The translations under genes and the position numbers were made by a program. Below are positions 34,445 through 47,953 of a stretch of DNA of 64,000 bases, piece after piece. How positions within the stretch are numbered: the first letter of the stretch is position 1; each line of letters starts with the position of its first letter. Below the pieces are notes generated by a model. It did no database searches. It saw only the letters and a list, made by a program, of their open reading frames with translations, and was not told the DNA's origin. This stretch comes from Pristiophorus japonicus (taxonomy: Eukaryota): assembly GCF_044704955.1 (NCBI RefSeq), contig NC_091995.1:53196001-53260000 (forward strand), read 5' to 3'.

Positions 34445-37400
34445 TGATACGTCCTTACTATACAGTATAAATGAACACGAGGCCCATACTTGAGAGAAGG
34501 TCACTCTGTGACCTGTCCTTTATTTCCAGCACTGAAGTGATGAAGGTGGGTGGAGCTTCCCTTTTATACCTGAAAGTCCAGGTTAGGAGTGTCTTCCACA
34601 AGTTCACCACCTAGTGGTCATTGTTCTCACAGTGTACAACTTAGGTCAGCTTATACATGGGTTACAATGCTGGTTGAATACATGACATCACCTCCCCCCC
34701 AAAGTCTTATTGGGATCACAGGTTAAGTCTCTCTGGTGGTTTACGCTCCCTTGTAGAGCGCCTAAGTTGGGGCTCCGGTTGTTGGGCGCTGGCCTGAGTG
34801 TCTGCTGTTTGCAGTGCCTCAGGCCTGTCCGGACTGCCCACAGTGACTGGGCTCTCCTCCCTTTGATTCCGGTGTTCGGTCACCTGTGGTGGAGTGAACT
34901 CTATGTCGTGTTCTTCCTCTGCTTCTTCTATGGGGTTGCTGAACCTCCTTTTTGTTTGATCCACGTGTTTGCAGCAGATTTGTCCATTGGTCAGTTTAAC
35001 TACCAGAATCCTATTCCCCTCTTTGGCAATCACAGTGCCTGCGAGCCATTTGGGCCCTGCAGTGTAGTTGAGGACAAAGACAGGGTCATTTACATCACAT
35101 TCCTCTCGCATTCCCGTCATGGTAGTCACATTGTGACTGACGCCTGCTCTCAACAATTTCTTTCATGGTGGAGTGTATAAGGGATAACCTGGTTTTGAGC
35201 GTCCTTTTCATTAGCAGCTCTGCGGGTGGAACCCCTGTGAGCGAGTGTAGTCGGGATCTGTAGGCCAACAGGAGGCGTGATAAGCGGCTTTGTAGGGAAC
35301 CCCCTTGGATTCTGAGCACCCCCTGTTTGATTATCTGCACTGTTCGTTCCGCCTGGCTGTTTGAGGCCGGCTTGAACGGTGCCGTTCTGACATGGTTAAT
35401 TCAATTGCCTGCCATGAAGTCCTGGAATTCAATGCTTGTGAAGCACGGGCCATTGTCGCTGACCAAGATGTCCGGTAGACCATGGGCGGCGAACATTGCC
35501 CGTAGACTTTCTACTGTGGCAGAGGATGTGCTTGAATTTAAAATGTCACACTCGATCCATTTAGAGTAGGCGTCTACTAAAACCAAGAACATTTTTCCCA
35601 TGAAAGGACCTGCGTAGTCCATATGGATGCGTGACCATGGTTTGGCGGGCCAGGACCAGGGGCTAAAGGGGGCTTCCCTGGGTGCATTACCCAGCTGGAC
35701 ACACGTGTTGCATCTGTGAACACAAAGTTCCAGGTCTGCATCTATCCCTGGCCACCAAACGTGTGAACGTGTGACTTGGCAATTGCTTTCATCGTGACAA
35801 TGCCCGGGTGCTCATTGTGGAGTTCTCTGATGAACACCTCTCTGCTCATCTGGGGCATGACTACGCGGTTTCCCCACAGTAGGCAATCAGCCTGAATCGA
35901 GAGTTCATCCCTGCGCCTGTGAAATGGTTTGAATTCCTCAGGGCATGCCCCGTACGTGGCTGCCCAGTCCCCATTCAGGACACATTTCTTGACTAGAGAC
36001 AGTAGCGGGTCTCTATTTGTCCAGAGTTTAATCTGACGGGCTGTCACGGGTGAGCCTTCGCTTTCGAAAGCTTCAACAGCCATGACCATCTCAGCACCAT
36101 GCTCGGTAGCCCCCTCAGTGGTGGCTAGTGGGAAATCGATGCAGTTTTCAGAGCCCGGTCTGTGCCGAATTGTATAGTCATAGGCGGCTAACGTGAGTGC
36201 CCACCTCTGTATGCGGGCCGATGCGTTTGCATTTATAGCTTGTTGTCGGCCAAAAGGGGATTGTGATCTATCTCCAGCTCAAATTTCCTGCCAAACAGGT
36301 ACTGGTGCATTTTCTTTACTGTATGTACACATGCAAGTGCCTCCTTTTCTACCATCCCGTAGCCCCTTTCTGCCTGGGACAGACTTCTGGAGGCATAAGC
36401 TACCGGCTGTAACTGACCCTTGGCATTAACATGCTGCAACACACACCCGACACCATAGGACGACACATGGCATGTTAAAACAAGTTTCTTGTATGGGTCG
36501 GTATAGCGTTAACAGATTGTTGGAGCACAACAAATTGCGTGCTCTATCAAAAGCCCTTTCCTGACTGTCCCCCCAGACCCATTCGTGACCTTTGTGTAGG
36601 AACACGTGTAGCAGCTCTAACAGCGTGCTCAATTTGGGAAGAAAGTTACCAAAATAGTTCAGGAGCCCCAGGAACGAACACAGCTCCGTTGTGTTGCGGG
36701 ACCTGGGTGCTCTCTGGATCGCTTCCATCTTGGACGCAGTAGGTCTGATCCTGTCTGCTGCTAGCCTCCTCCCCAGGAATTCTACCTCTGGAGCTAGGAA
36801 GATGCACTTCACCTTTTTCAGTCGCAGCCCTACCCGGACCAGTCTGCGTTGTATCTCCTCCAGGTTGTGGAGGTCTTCTTCAGTATCATAACCCGTGATG
36901 AGGATGTCGTCTTGAAAAACCACCGTCCCTGGAATCAACTTGAGGAGGCTTTCCATATTTAGCTGAAAGATCGCGGCGGCCGAACGAATCCCAAACGGGC
37001 ATCTGTTGTATTCAAACAACCCCTTGTGTGTCGTGATGGTGGTCAGCTTCTTCGACTCACTCGCCAGCTCCTGGGTCATGTAAGCTGAGGTCAGGTCCAA
37101 TTTTGAAAAAAGTTTGCCACCGGATAGCGTCGCAAAGAGGTCCTCCGCTCTCGGTAGCGGGTACTGGTCTTGGAGTGACACCCGATTGATGGTGGCCTTG
37201 TAATCGCCACATATCCTGACTGACCCATCCACCTTGAGCACCGGCACAATCGGGCTCGCCCAGTCACTGAATTCGACTGGCGAGATGATGCCTTCCCTCA
37301 ACAGGCAGTCCAATTCGCCTTCTATCTTTTCCCGCATCACGTACGGCACCGCTCTGGCCTTGTGGTGTACTGGCCTGGCGTCCGGGTTTATGTGAATCAC

Positions 37401-39078
37401 TACCTTGGCCCCCATGAAAGTGCCAATGCCGGGTTGAAATAATGAGTCAAATTTGTCCAGGATCTGTGAGCATGATACTCGCTCCACAGAAGAAATTGCA
37501 TTGACATTGCCCCATTTCCAGTTCATGACAGCAAGCCAACTCCTCCCCAGTAGTGCGGGACCGTCCCCCGGGACAATCCAGAGTGGCAATCTGTTCTCCG
37601 AATCTTTGTGGGTCACGACTACCATGGCGCTGCCTAGCACCGGAATGATCTCCTTTGTGTATGTCCGTAGCTGTGCGTCAATCGCCGATAATTTTGGCCT
37701 CCTGGCCTTGGACGCCCACAACTTTTCAAACTGTTTGATACTCATCAGGGACTGGCTGGCCCCCGTGTCTAGCTCCATTGATACTGGGATGCCACTGAGG
37801 AGCACTTTCATCATTATCGGTGGCATCCTGGTTTCTGAGCTGTATATGTGCTCCACATGAACTCGCTGAACTTCAGCTTCCAGCGATTTCCCCCAGTGTT
37901 CATTTGGCCTCGTAGAGCTTACATCGGGCCTCCTCGTACATCAACCTGGCTGCAGGCTTCCTGCACATACGAGCCAACTGACCGTTGACGTTGCAGTTCC
38001 TGCAGGTATATTGCTGATACCTGCAAATTCTGGCTGGGCGTTTGCCTCCACACCTCCAACATGAGTCGTTGTTGGAAACAAAAGGTCCATTACCAGTCGA
38101 TCTCCTCTGACTGTCTCTGTGACTGTCCTTAAGTGCACCATTAACAGGTGTTGATGGCCCCATTAGTGGCCGCATTGTCCCTTGCATTGGCGTGAATTGC
38201 CATTCAGCTAACCATTGTCTCTGTTGAATTCCCCCTCTGGGTTCGACTACATGTTGGGACATGTCCGATTGCCCCTGTCTGCCCGGAGAACTGTGTGCTG
38301 CTTTAACAATGTTGACTCCCTGTCCATTTGCTGCATTTGAGCCCAGATTTTTGTCAAACATCATCTGGTCTCTTCCTCCCCTGAGTTAAATGTCTGGGCC
38401 ATCAAAGCCGCCGTTTCCAAGGTCAAGTCTTTGGTCTCAATCAGTTTCCTGAAAACCCCAGCGTGCCCGATGTCCTCATTAAAAAAGTGTTGCAGCATCT
38501 CCACTCTGCATTCATCTGGGAACTTACATAGGCTCACCAGTCGCCGGAGGTCTGCCACGAAGTCTGGAACGCTTTGCCCTTCTCGCCGCCGGTGCGTGTA
38601 AAACCGGTGTCTCGCCATGTCCATGCTGCTCGCCGGTTTAAGGTGTTCCCTGATTAACTCACTGAGCTCTTCAAAAGACTTGTCCGCCGGCTTCTCTGGC
38701 GCTAGAAGGTCCTTCATCAGGGAGTACGTCCTGGATCCACAAACCGTCAGGAAATGAGCCCTGCGTTTGTCGGCCGACTCCTGTCCCAACCATTCCTTAG
38801 TGACGAAACTTTGCTGTAGTGTCTCAATAAATCATCCCAATCATCCCCAACACAGTACCTCTCGTCTGTGCCCATATTTGAGAGAAGGTCACTCTGTGAT
38901 CAGTAACCTTTATTTCCAGCACTGAAGTGATGAAGGTGGGTGGAGCTTCCCCTTTTATACCTGAAAGTCCAGGCTAGGAGTGTTTCCCACAAGTTCACCA
39001 CCTAGTGGTCATTGTTCTCACAGTGTACAACTTAGCTCAGTTTATACATGGGTTATAATGACAGTTAAATACATGACA
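34445..39078 (-). mobile_element. Ty3/Gypsy LTR retrotransposon B, near-complete gag-pol, 5-bp TSD AAAGA
   Basis: LTRs 34445-34687 and 38871-39078; PPT at 34688-34706. Gag with CWRCGG..C..C, PR DTGAS, RT FQDD, RNase H (AYASRSL..EKEAL), integrase (DYAGP..SDNG), ending RRSTRERKPPERLNL. TSD at 34440-34444 and 39079-39083. Confidence 0.95.
36426..37856 (-). pseudogene. Gypsy B protease-RT segment (476 aa open stretch)
   Basis: ELDTGASQS, WASPIVPV, CGDYK, KLDL..AY, PFGI, FQDDILI, FLGLLNYF; frameshifted before RNase H. Confidence 0.9.
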
Positions 39079-39749
39079 AAAGAGGTTGGTTTTAAGGAAC
39101 GTCTTGAAGGAAGAAAGAGAGATAGAGAGGCGGTGATGTTTAGAGAAAGAGTTCCAGAGCTTGGGGCCCAGGCAACAGAAGGCACGGCCACCAATGGTGG
39201 AGCGATTATAACCAGGGATGCTCAAGAGGGCAGAATTAGAGGAGCGCAGATATCTCAGGGGGTTGTGGGGCTGGCGGAGTTTACAGAGCTAGGGAGGGCG
39301 AGGCCATGGAGGGATTGGAAAACAAGGTTGAGAATTTTGAAATCAAGGCGTTGCTTAACTGGAAGTCAGTGTAGATCAGCGAGCACAGGGTTGATGGGTG
39401 AGCGGGACTTGGTGCGAGTTAGGACACGGGCTGCCAAGTTTTGGATCACCTCTAGTTTAGGCAGGGTAGAATGTGGGAGGTCAGCTTGGAGTGCCTTGCA
39501 AAAGTCAAGTCTAAAGGTAACAAAGGCATGGACGAGGGTTTCAGCAGCGGATGAGCTGAGGCAGGGGCGGAGATGGACGATGTTATGGAGGTGGAAATAG
39601 GCGGTCTTAGTTATGCTGTGGATATGTGTTCGAAAGCTGATTTCAGAGTCAAATATGACACCAAGGTTGCGAACAGTCTGATTCAGCCTCGGACAGGAGT
39701 TGGGGAGAGGGGTGGAGTTGGTGGCTAGGGAACGGAGTTTGTAGCGGGG

Positions 39750-42700
39750 ATGAGTAAAAGTGGAGGGCAGAGAAACCCAAGGCAAAAAACAAAAAGGGCC
39801 AATGTACAGCAAAATTCTAAAGGGTCAAAGTGTAATAAAAAGGCAAGTCTGAAAGCTCGGTGCCTCAATGCGAGGAGTATTCGGAACCCAGGAAAAGTTA
39901 GAGTGGGTGAGAGCGCAGATGCACAGGACCCCAAGAAAGAATGCAAAAGGCAGGAGGCAACAGAGCAGAGTAGCACTGGGGTAAGTGTAAACCACAAGGT
40001 GATAGGAAGGGACAATATGTATGAAGATAAAGGGGCTGCAGGAGGGGTCAAAACTAAAAATCATGGTTTAAAAGCTAGTATTAAAACACTCTACCTTAAT
40101 GCATGCAGCATTTGAAATAAAGTAAATGAGTTGACGGCACAAATCATTACAAATGGGTATGATTTGGTGGCCATTACAGAAACGAGGTTGCAGGGTGACC
40201 AAGACTGGGAATTAAACATACAGGGGTATCTGACAATTCAGAAGGATAGACAAGAAGGGAAAGGAGATGGGGTAGCTCTGTTAATAAAGGATGATATCAG
40301 GGCAGTTGTGAGAGATGATATTGGCTCTAATGAACAAAATGTTGAATCATTGTGGGTGGAGATTAGAGATAGTAAGGGGAAGTCACTGGTGGGCGTAGTT
40401 TATAGACCCCCAAATAATAGCTTCACGGTGGGGTGGACAATAATCAAGGGAATAATAGAGGCATGTGAAAAAGGAACAGCAGTGATCATGGGGGATTTTA
40501 ACCTACATATCGATTGGTCAAATCAAATCGCACGGGGTAGTCTGGAGGAGGAATTCATAGAATGCATACGGGATTGTTTCTTAGAACAGTATGTTACAGA
40601 ACCTACAAGGGAGCAAGCTATCTTAGATCTGGTCCTGTGTAATGAGACAGGAATAATAAACGATCTCCGAGTAAAAGATCCTCTCGGAATGAGTGATCAC
40701 AGTATGGTTGAATTTGTAATACAGATTGAGGGTGAGGAAGTAGTGTCTCAAACGAGCATACTATGCTTAAACAAAGGGGACTACAGTGGGATGAGGGCAG
40801 AGTTAGTGAAAGTAGACTGGGAACATAGACTAAACGGTGGCACAATTGAGGAACAGTGGAGGACTTTTAAGGAGCTCTTTCATAGTGCTCAACAAAAATA
40901 TATTCCAGTGAAAAAGAAGGGCGGTAAGAGAAGGGATAACCAGCCGTGGGTAACCAAGGAAATAAAGGAGAGTATCAAATTAAAAACCAATGCGTATAAG
41001 GTGGCCAAGGTTAGTGGGAAACTAGAAGATTGGGAAAATTTTAAACGACAGCAAAGTATGACTAAGAAAGCAATAAAGAAAGGAAAGATAGATTATGAAA
41101 GTAAACTTGCGCAAAACATAAAAACAGATAGTAAAAACTTTTACCGATATATAAAAAGGAAAAGAGTGACTAAAATAAATGTTGGTCCTTTAGAAGATGA
41201 GAAGGGGGATTTAGTAATGGGAAATGTGGAAATGGCTGAGAACTTAAACAATTATTTTGCTTCGGTCTTCACAGTGGAAGACACAAAAACCATGCCAAAA
41301 ATTGCTGGTCACGGGAATGTGGGAAGGGAGGACCTTGAGACAATCACTATCACTAGGGGGGTAGTGCTGGACAGACTAATGGGACTCAAGGTAGATGAAA
41401 TGCATCCCAGGGTATTAAAAGAGATGGTGGAAGTTATAGCAGATGCATTGGTTATAATCTAACAAAATTCTCTGGACTTTGGGGAGGTACCAGTGGATTG
41501 GAAAGCAGCTAATGTAACGCCTCTGTTTAAAAAAGGGGGCAGACAAAAGGCAGGTAACTATAGGCCGGTTAGTTTAACATCTGTAGTGGGGAAAATGCTT
41601 GAAGCTATCATTAAGGAAGAAATAGCGGGACATCTAAATAGGAATAGTGCAATCAAGCAGACGCAACATGGATTCATGAAGGGGAAATCATGTTTAACTA
41701 ATTTACTAGAATTCTTTGAGGATATAACGAGCATGGTGGATAGAGGTGTACCGATGGATGTGGTGTATTTAGATTTCCAAAAGGCATTCGATAAGGTGCC
41801 ACACAAAAGGTTACTGCAGAAGATAAAGGTACGCGGAGTCAGAGAAAATGTATTAGCATGGATAGAGAATTGGCAGGCTAACAGAAAGCAGAGAGTTGGG
41901 ATAAATGGGTCCTTTTCAGGTTGGAAATTGGTGGTTAGTGGTGTGCCACAGGGATCGGTGCTGGGACCACAACTGTTTACAATATACATAGATGACCTGG
42001 AGGAGGGGACAGAGTGTAGTGTAACAAAATTTGCAGATGACACAAAGATTCGTGGGAAAGCGGGTTGTGTAGAGGACACAGAGAGGCTGCAAAGAGATTT
42101 AGATAGGTTAAGCGAATGGGCTAAGGTTGGCAGATGGAATACAATGTCGGAAAATGTGAGGTCATCCACCTTGGAAAAAAAAACAGTAAAAGGGAATATT
42201 ATTTGAATGGGGAGAAATTACAACATGTTGCGGTGCAGAGGGACCTGGGGGTCCTTGTGCATGAATCCCAAAAAGTTAGTTTGCAGGTGCAGCAGGTAAT
42301 CAGGAAGGCGAATGGAATGTTGGCCTTCATTGCGAGAGGGATGGAGTCCAAAGCAGGGAGGTCCTGCTGCAACTGTACAGGGTATTGGTGAGGCTGCACC
42401 TGGAGTACTGCATGCAGTTTTGGTCACCTTACTTAAGGAAGGATATACTAGCTTTGGAGGGGGTACAGAGACGATTCACTCGGCTGATTCCGGAGATGAG
42501 GGGGGTTACCTTATGATGATAGATTGAGTAGACTGGGTATTTACTCGTTGGAGTTCAGAAGGATGAGGGGTGATCTGATAGAAACATTTAAAATAATGAA
42601 AGGGATAGACAAGATAGAGGCAGAGAGGTTGTTTCCACTGGTCGGGGAGACTAGAACTAGGGGGCACAGCCTCAAAATATGGGGGAGCCAATTTAAAACC

Positions 42701-42963
42701 GAGTTGAGAAGAAATTTCTTCTCCCAGAGGGTTGTGAATCTGTGGAATTCTCTGCCCAAGGAAGCAGTTGAGGCTAGCTCATTGAATGTATTCAAATCAC
42801 AGATAGATAGATTTTTAACCAATAAGGGAATTAAGGGTTACGGGGAGCGGGCGGGTAAGTGGAGCTGAGTCCACGACCAGATCAGCCATGATCTTGTTGA
42901 ATGGCGGAGCAGGCTCGAGGGGCTAGATGACCTACTCCTGTTCCTAATTCTTATGTTCTTATG
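39750..42963 (+). mobile_element. CR1 family C, whole ORF2 (decayed), preceded by a family-A fragment
   Basis: APE (ITET, YRPP, GDFN, SDH) and RT (FADD); tail CTTATGTTCTTATG. Confidence 0.92.
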
Positions 42964-42964
42964 A

Positions 42965-43135
42965 CATCAACCTGAGTCTAACCCTCCCCCTCCCCCCATC
43001 ATCAATTTAACCCCCCCTCCTCCAAAACCCACCCCTCCTTCATCAATTTAAACCTTTCGTCTAACACCCGCCCCTCATCATCAATTTAAGCCCTGAGTCC
43101 AACACCGGCCCCCACCCCACTCATCAATTTAAAAT
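42965..43135 (+). repeat. Degenerate ~40-bp tandem repeat with CATCAATTTAA core
   Basis: TCATCAATTTAA recurs 4 times, separated by C-rich spacers. Confidence 0.6.
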
Positions 43136-43163
43136 CCGATAGATGTATGTACAGAGATAGATA

Positions 43164-43855
43164 CTGGCCTAGAAATCCCGGTCGGCTGCTTCCCATGGGC
43201 GTTTGCGGGAAAAAGTTAAAAAAGAAACGCACCTACCTGTTCCTGCTGAGCCCACGCGAGTTCCCGGCCCTGAGGCCTCCGCTGACTGCGCATCGCAGCG
43301 TGTCCACGTCTGGACATGTGCAGGGCTGGAGCTGCAGTCACATGGCTCTGGGCAGCCAATCCAGGTAAGTTGGAGTTCCCATTATTATGAATGAGAAACT
43401 TCCCCCAAACACCCAAAACACTAATAAAAAAAAATAGAAAAAATACACCGCATATTTTTATTAATTTAAATTAAAGTTATTTATGTATTATAAAAAAATA
43501 AATATTTTTCTAATTTTTAGAAAAGCTTTTTAAATTATGGTTTAAAATAAACTTACCGTAGTGGGGAGGGTTTTTAACAACAACATTTGTTTTTTAAATT
43601 TTATTTTATAATGTTTCTGCGTATTTTAAAACTCTTATGCCTGTAAAAGTAGGCTATGTGCCTGCATTTATCAGACGCAAGCGTTTTCAGGACATGTCCT
43701 GGCTGTGGAGATGCAGAGGATCTGTCAAGCTCCAGCTTGACAGATCGGAAAAGTCCGTTTTCAGCGCATGCGCATTGTGTGCTGAAAAACAGCTTTTGCG
43801 ATGCCTTCCTGAGTCTGTACACACTCTGTACGGACTCAGGGAGGCCGATATGTTC
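43164..43855. mobile_element. Probable non-autonomous DNA transposon
   Basis: Start GGCCTAGAAATCCCGGTCGGC, CpG-rich arms around an AT-rich centre, weak inverted end GGGAGGCCGA. Confidence 0.45.
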
Positions 43856-43859
43856 TTTA

Positions 43860-44030
43860 CATCTGTGTATACACACAGACAGAAACTGATGAATCGAGAG
43901 AGATGTACACACACAAACTGATGGATAGAGAGAGAGATGGACACAGACAAATATACAATGTAGATACCTCAGTACATACACATAGACAGAAACTGATGGA
44001 TAGAGATGTACACACAGAGATATCGAAATA
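43860..44030 (+). repeat. Low-complexity repeat (ACACACAGACAGAAACTGATG..AGAGATG)
   Basis: AAACTGATG repeated 3 times with CA/GA runs. Confidence 0.6.
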
Positions 44031-44034
44031 TAAT

Positions 44035-44340
44035 GGGTATAGTGGCATTGTGGTTATATTACTGGACAAGTAATCCAACTGAATTCAAATCCCACCAGCA
44101 GCAGGGGTTTTAAATTCAATTACATAAATCTGGAATTAAAAAAGCTAGTAGCAGTAATGAAACTCGTAACAACCCACCTGGTTCACTGTGTGGGAAGGGT
44201 CTGTGTGTGACTCCAGACCGGCAGCAATGTGGTTGACTCTTAACTGCCCTCTGAGATGACGGCTCAGCATCTCAAGAGCAATTAGGGAGGGGCAATAAAT
44301 GCCTGCCAGTGATGCCCACATCCCGTGAATGAATAAAACA
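44035..44340 (+). mobile_element. tRNA-like SINE family 2
   Basis: B-box-like TTCAAATCCCACC, core GCAATGTGGTTGACTCTTAACTGCC, tail GGGCAATAAATG..TGAATGAATAAAA; second copy at 60515. Confidence 0.7.
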
Positions 44341-47300
44341 ATGTTTTTGTTAAATATGTCCAGAGATGACTCGTTATCTGGGATTGAGTGGGACCTTTGT
44401 TGGAGAAAGATTGAGAAGTTTGGGAGCAGTTTTCCAGCCTGACATGTCCAGGCCTCATTAACCCAGAGGTCTTCATGAACACGTACTGAAGGGAACCTTA
44501 ACAAGTATAAAGTATATAAGGGCAGAGTGTAAAAGGCTACAGAACTCAGATTGTATGCCTGGACTATCCAGTTACAGGGAGGAATAAGAGTGTCATTTAA
44601 CTGTCCAAGTTGTGTGAGATCCAGGAAGGTGAGAGTTCAGGCAGTGAGCTCCCATACAGTCACTCGTGTGTAAGGTAGATTCAGCCAGAGCAGAGGATTC
44701 GAGTGGAACAGAAAAACCCTGTCACCAATTCAATGTTCCCCGTCCCCGGGGAGGATAATCAACTCAACCCCTCGCTCACAAGGACACGGTGGTGTAAGCT
44801 CTGGACACATTGCTGGCCATCAGCACACAGACTGTAACCTACTCAATAAATATCCTAGCTCACGCTGTTAACTGGTCAGCTAGCGAAGGAGTTGCTCCTA
44901 ATTTAGTGGAGGGAATTGCCCTCTGCCCTGTTTGGGGCATATAATTTGAATTAAATGGCGAAGAACCACCAGGATAGATGGGGCAGAGAATAGAGCAAAA
45001 TTCGGCACTTTTCTGTGGAAAAAATGGGGGTGGAAATGACCTCCGCGGAGCGCTAGAGGGGCAGGACCAATGACTGAGGACCCAATTTCACCTGACTCTC
45101 AAATCAGTCAGAATGAGACACTTGGTCCCTGGCTTGCTTAAAGCACAGGTCTTTCAGGTAGGTGTTGCTCATTCTCAGCAGCTGCGTTTGGTGTGTCTTG
45201 TGTGGAAAAATGACAAGTCCAAGAGGCAGCACGAGGACAAACAGATTCAGCGATGCCCAAACTGAGATGTTGGGGCAAGCTGTGGAGGGCAGGAGGCGCC
45301 TTCTATTCCCAGAGTCCAGCAGGCCCACTCGGCAGGGCCGTAACGCTTGGACAGAGGTGGCTGCAGAGGTGTTGGGCACCTCGACAGTGGGGCGGACGGT
45401 GACTCAATGCTGAAAGAGGTTCAATGACACAACTCAAGTGGTAAAAGTGAGTACATAGAAACATAGAAAATAGGTGCAGGAGTAGGCCATTTAGCCCTTC
45501 AAGCCTGCACCACCATTCAATAAGATCATGGCTGATCATTCACCTCAGTACCCTTTTCCTGCTTTCTCTCCATACACTTTGATCCCTTTAGCCGTGAGGG
45601 CCATATCTAACTCCCTCTTGAATATATCCAATGAACTGGCACCAACAACTCTCTGTGGCAGGTAATTCCACAGGTTAACAACTCTGAGTGAATAAGTTTC
45701 TCCACATCTCAGTCCTAAATGGCTTACCCCTTATCCTTAGACTGTGTCCCCTGGTTCTGGAGTTCCCCAACATCGGGAACATTCTTCCTGCATCTAACCT
45801 GTCCAGTCCAGTCAGAATTTTATATGTTTCTATGCGATCCCCTCTCATCCTTCTAAACTCCAGTGAATACAGGCCCAGTCGATCCAGTCTCTCCTCATAT
45901 GTCAGTTGTGCCATTCCGGGAATCAGTCTGGTGAACCTCCGCTGCACTCCCTCAATAGCAAGAACGTCCTTCCTCAGATTAGGAGACCAAAACTGAACAC
46001 AATATTCCAGGTGAGGCCTCACCAAGGCCCTGTACAACTGCAGTAAGACCTCCCTGCTCCTATACTCAAATCCCCTCGCTATGAAGGCCAACATACCATT
46101 TTTGTCTTCTTCACCGCCTGCTGTACCTGCATGCCAACTTTCAATAACTGATGTACCATGACACCCAGGTCTCGTTGCACCTCCCCTTTTCCTAATCTGC
46201 CATTCTGATAATATTCTGCCTTCATGTTTTTGCCCCCAAAATGGATAACCTCACATTTATCCACATTATACTGCATCTGCCATGCATTTGCCCACTCACC
46301 TAACCTGTCCAAGTCACTCTGCAGCCTCTTAGCATCCCCCTCACAGCTCACACCACTACCTAGCTTAGTGTCATTTGCAAACTTAGAGATATTACACTCA
46401 ATTCCTTCATATAAATCATTAATGTATATTGTAAATAGCTGGGGTCCCAGCACTGAGTCCTGCGGCACTCCACTAGTCACTGCCTACCATTCTGAAAAGG
46501 ACCCGTTTATCCCGACTCTCTGCTTCCTGTCTGCCAACCAGTCCTCTATCCACGTCAATACATTCCCCCCAATACCATCTGCTTTAATTTTGCACACCAA
46601 TCTCTTGTGTGGGACCTTGTCAAAAGCCTTTTGAAAGTCCAAATACACCACATCCACTGGTTCTCCCTTGTCCACTCTACTAGTTACATCCACAAAAACT
46701 TCCAGAAGATTTGTCAAGCATGATTTCCCTTTCATAAATCCATGCTGACTTGGACCGATCCTGTCACTGCTTTCCAAATGCACTGCTCGTTCATCTTTAA
46801 TAATTGATTCCAACATTTTCCCCACTATTGATGTCAGGCTAACTGGTCTATAATTACCGGTTTTCTCTCTCCTTTTTCAAAAAGTGGTTACATTAGCTAT
46901 CCTCCAGTCCATAGGAACTGATCCAGAGTTGATAGACTGTTGGAAAATGATCACCAATGCAGCCACTATTTCTAGGGCCACTTCCTTAAGTACTCTGGGA
47001 TGCAGACTATCAGGCCCCGGGGATTTATCAGCCTTCAATCCCATCAATTTCCCTAACACAATACAATGTCCCGCCTAATAAGGATATCCTTCAGTTCCTC
47101 CTTCTCACTAGACCCTCCGTCCCCTAGTATTTCCGGAAGGTTATTTGTGTTTTCCTTCGTGAAGACAGAACCAAAGTATTTGTTTTACTGGTCTGCCATT
47201 TCTTTGTTCCCCATTATAAATTCACCTGAATTTAACAATATCGTTAATTTCCCTTGTTAGCCATGATTGAGCCACCTTTCCTGTATTATTTTTACTCCAG

Positions 47301-47953
47301 ACAGGGATGTACAATTGTTGAAGTTCATTCATGTGATCTTTAAATGTTTGCCATTACCTATCCACCGTCAACCCTTTAAGTGTAATTTGCCAATTCACGT
47401 CTCATACCATCGAAGTTACCTTTCCTTAAGTTCAGGACCCTAGTCTCTGAATTAACTGTGTCACTCTCCATCGTACTAAAGAATTCTACCATATTATGGT
47501 CACTCTTCCCCAAGGGGCCTCGCACAACATGATTTCTAATTCATCCTTTCTCATTACACATCACCCAGTCTAGGATGGCCAGCCCTCTAGTTGGTTCCTT
47601 GACATATTGGTCCAGAAAACCATCCCTAATATACTCCAGGAAATCCTCCTCCACCATATTGCTACCAGTTTAGTTAGCCCAATCAATATGTAGATTAAAG
47701 TTGCCCATGATAACTGCTGTACCTTTATTGCATGCATCCCTAATTTCTTATTTGATGCTGTCCCCATCCTCACTACTACTGTTTTGTGGTCTGTACACAA
47801 CTCTCATTAGCGTTTTCTGCCCTTTGGTATTCCGCAGCTCCACCCATACAGATTCCACATCATCCAAGCTAATGTCCTTCCTTACTATTGAGTTAATTTC
47901 CTCTTTAACCAGCTACGCTACCCCGCCTCCTTTTCCTTTCTGTCTATCCTTCC

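Larger units (their letters stand above)
34305..39745 (-). mobile_element. L2 3' fragment split by Gypsy B (34305-34444 and 39079-39745)
   Basis: L2 tail at 34305; sequence resumes AAAGAGGTTGG at 39079; VRNLGVIFDS..AETLVHAFV. Confidence 0.85.
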
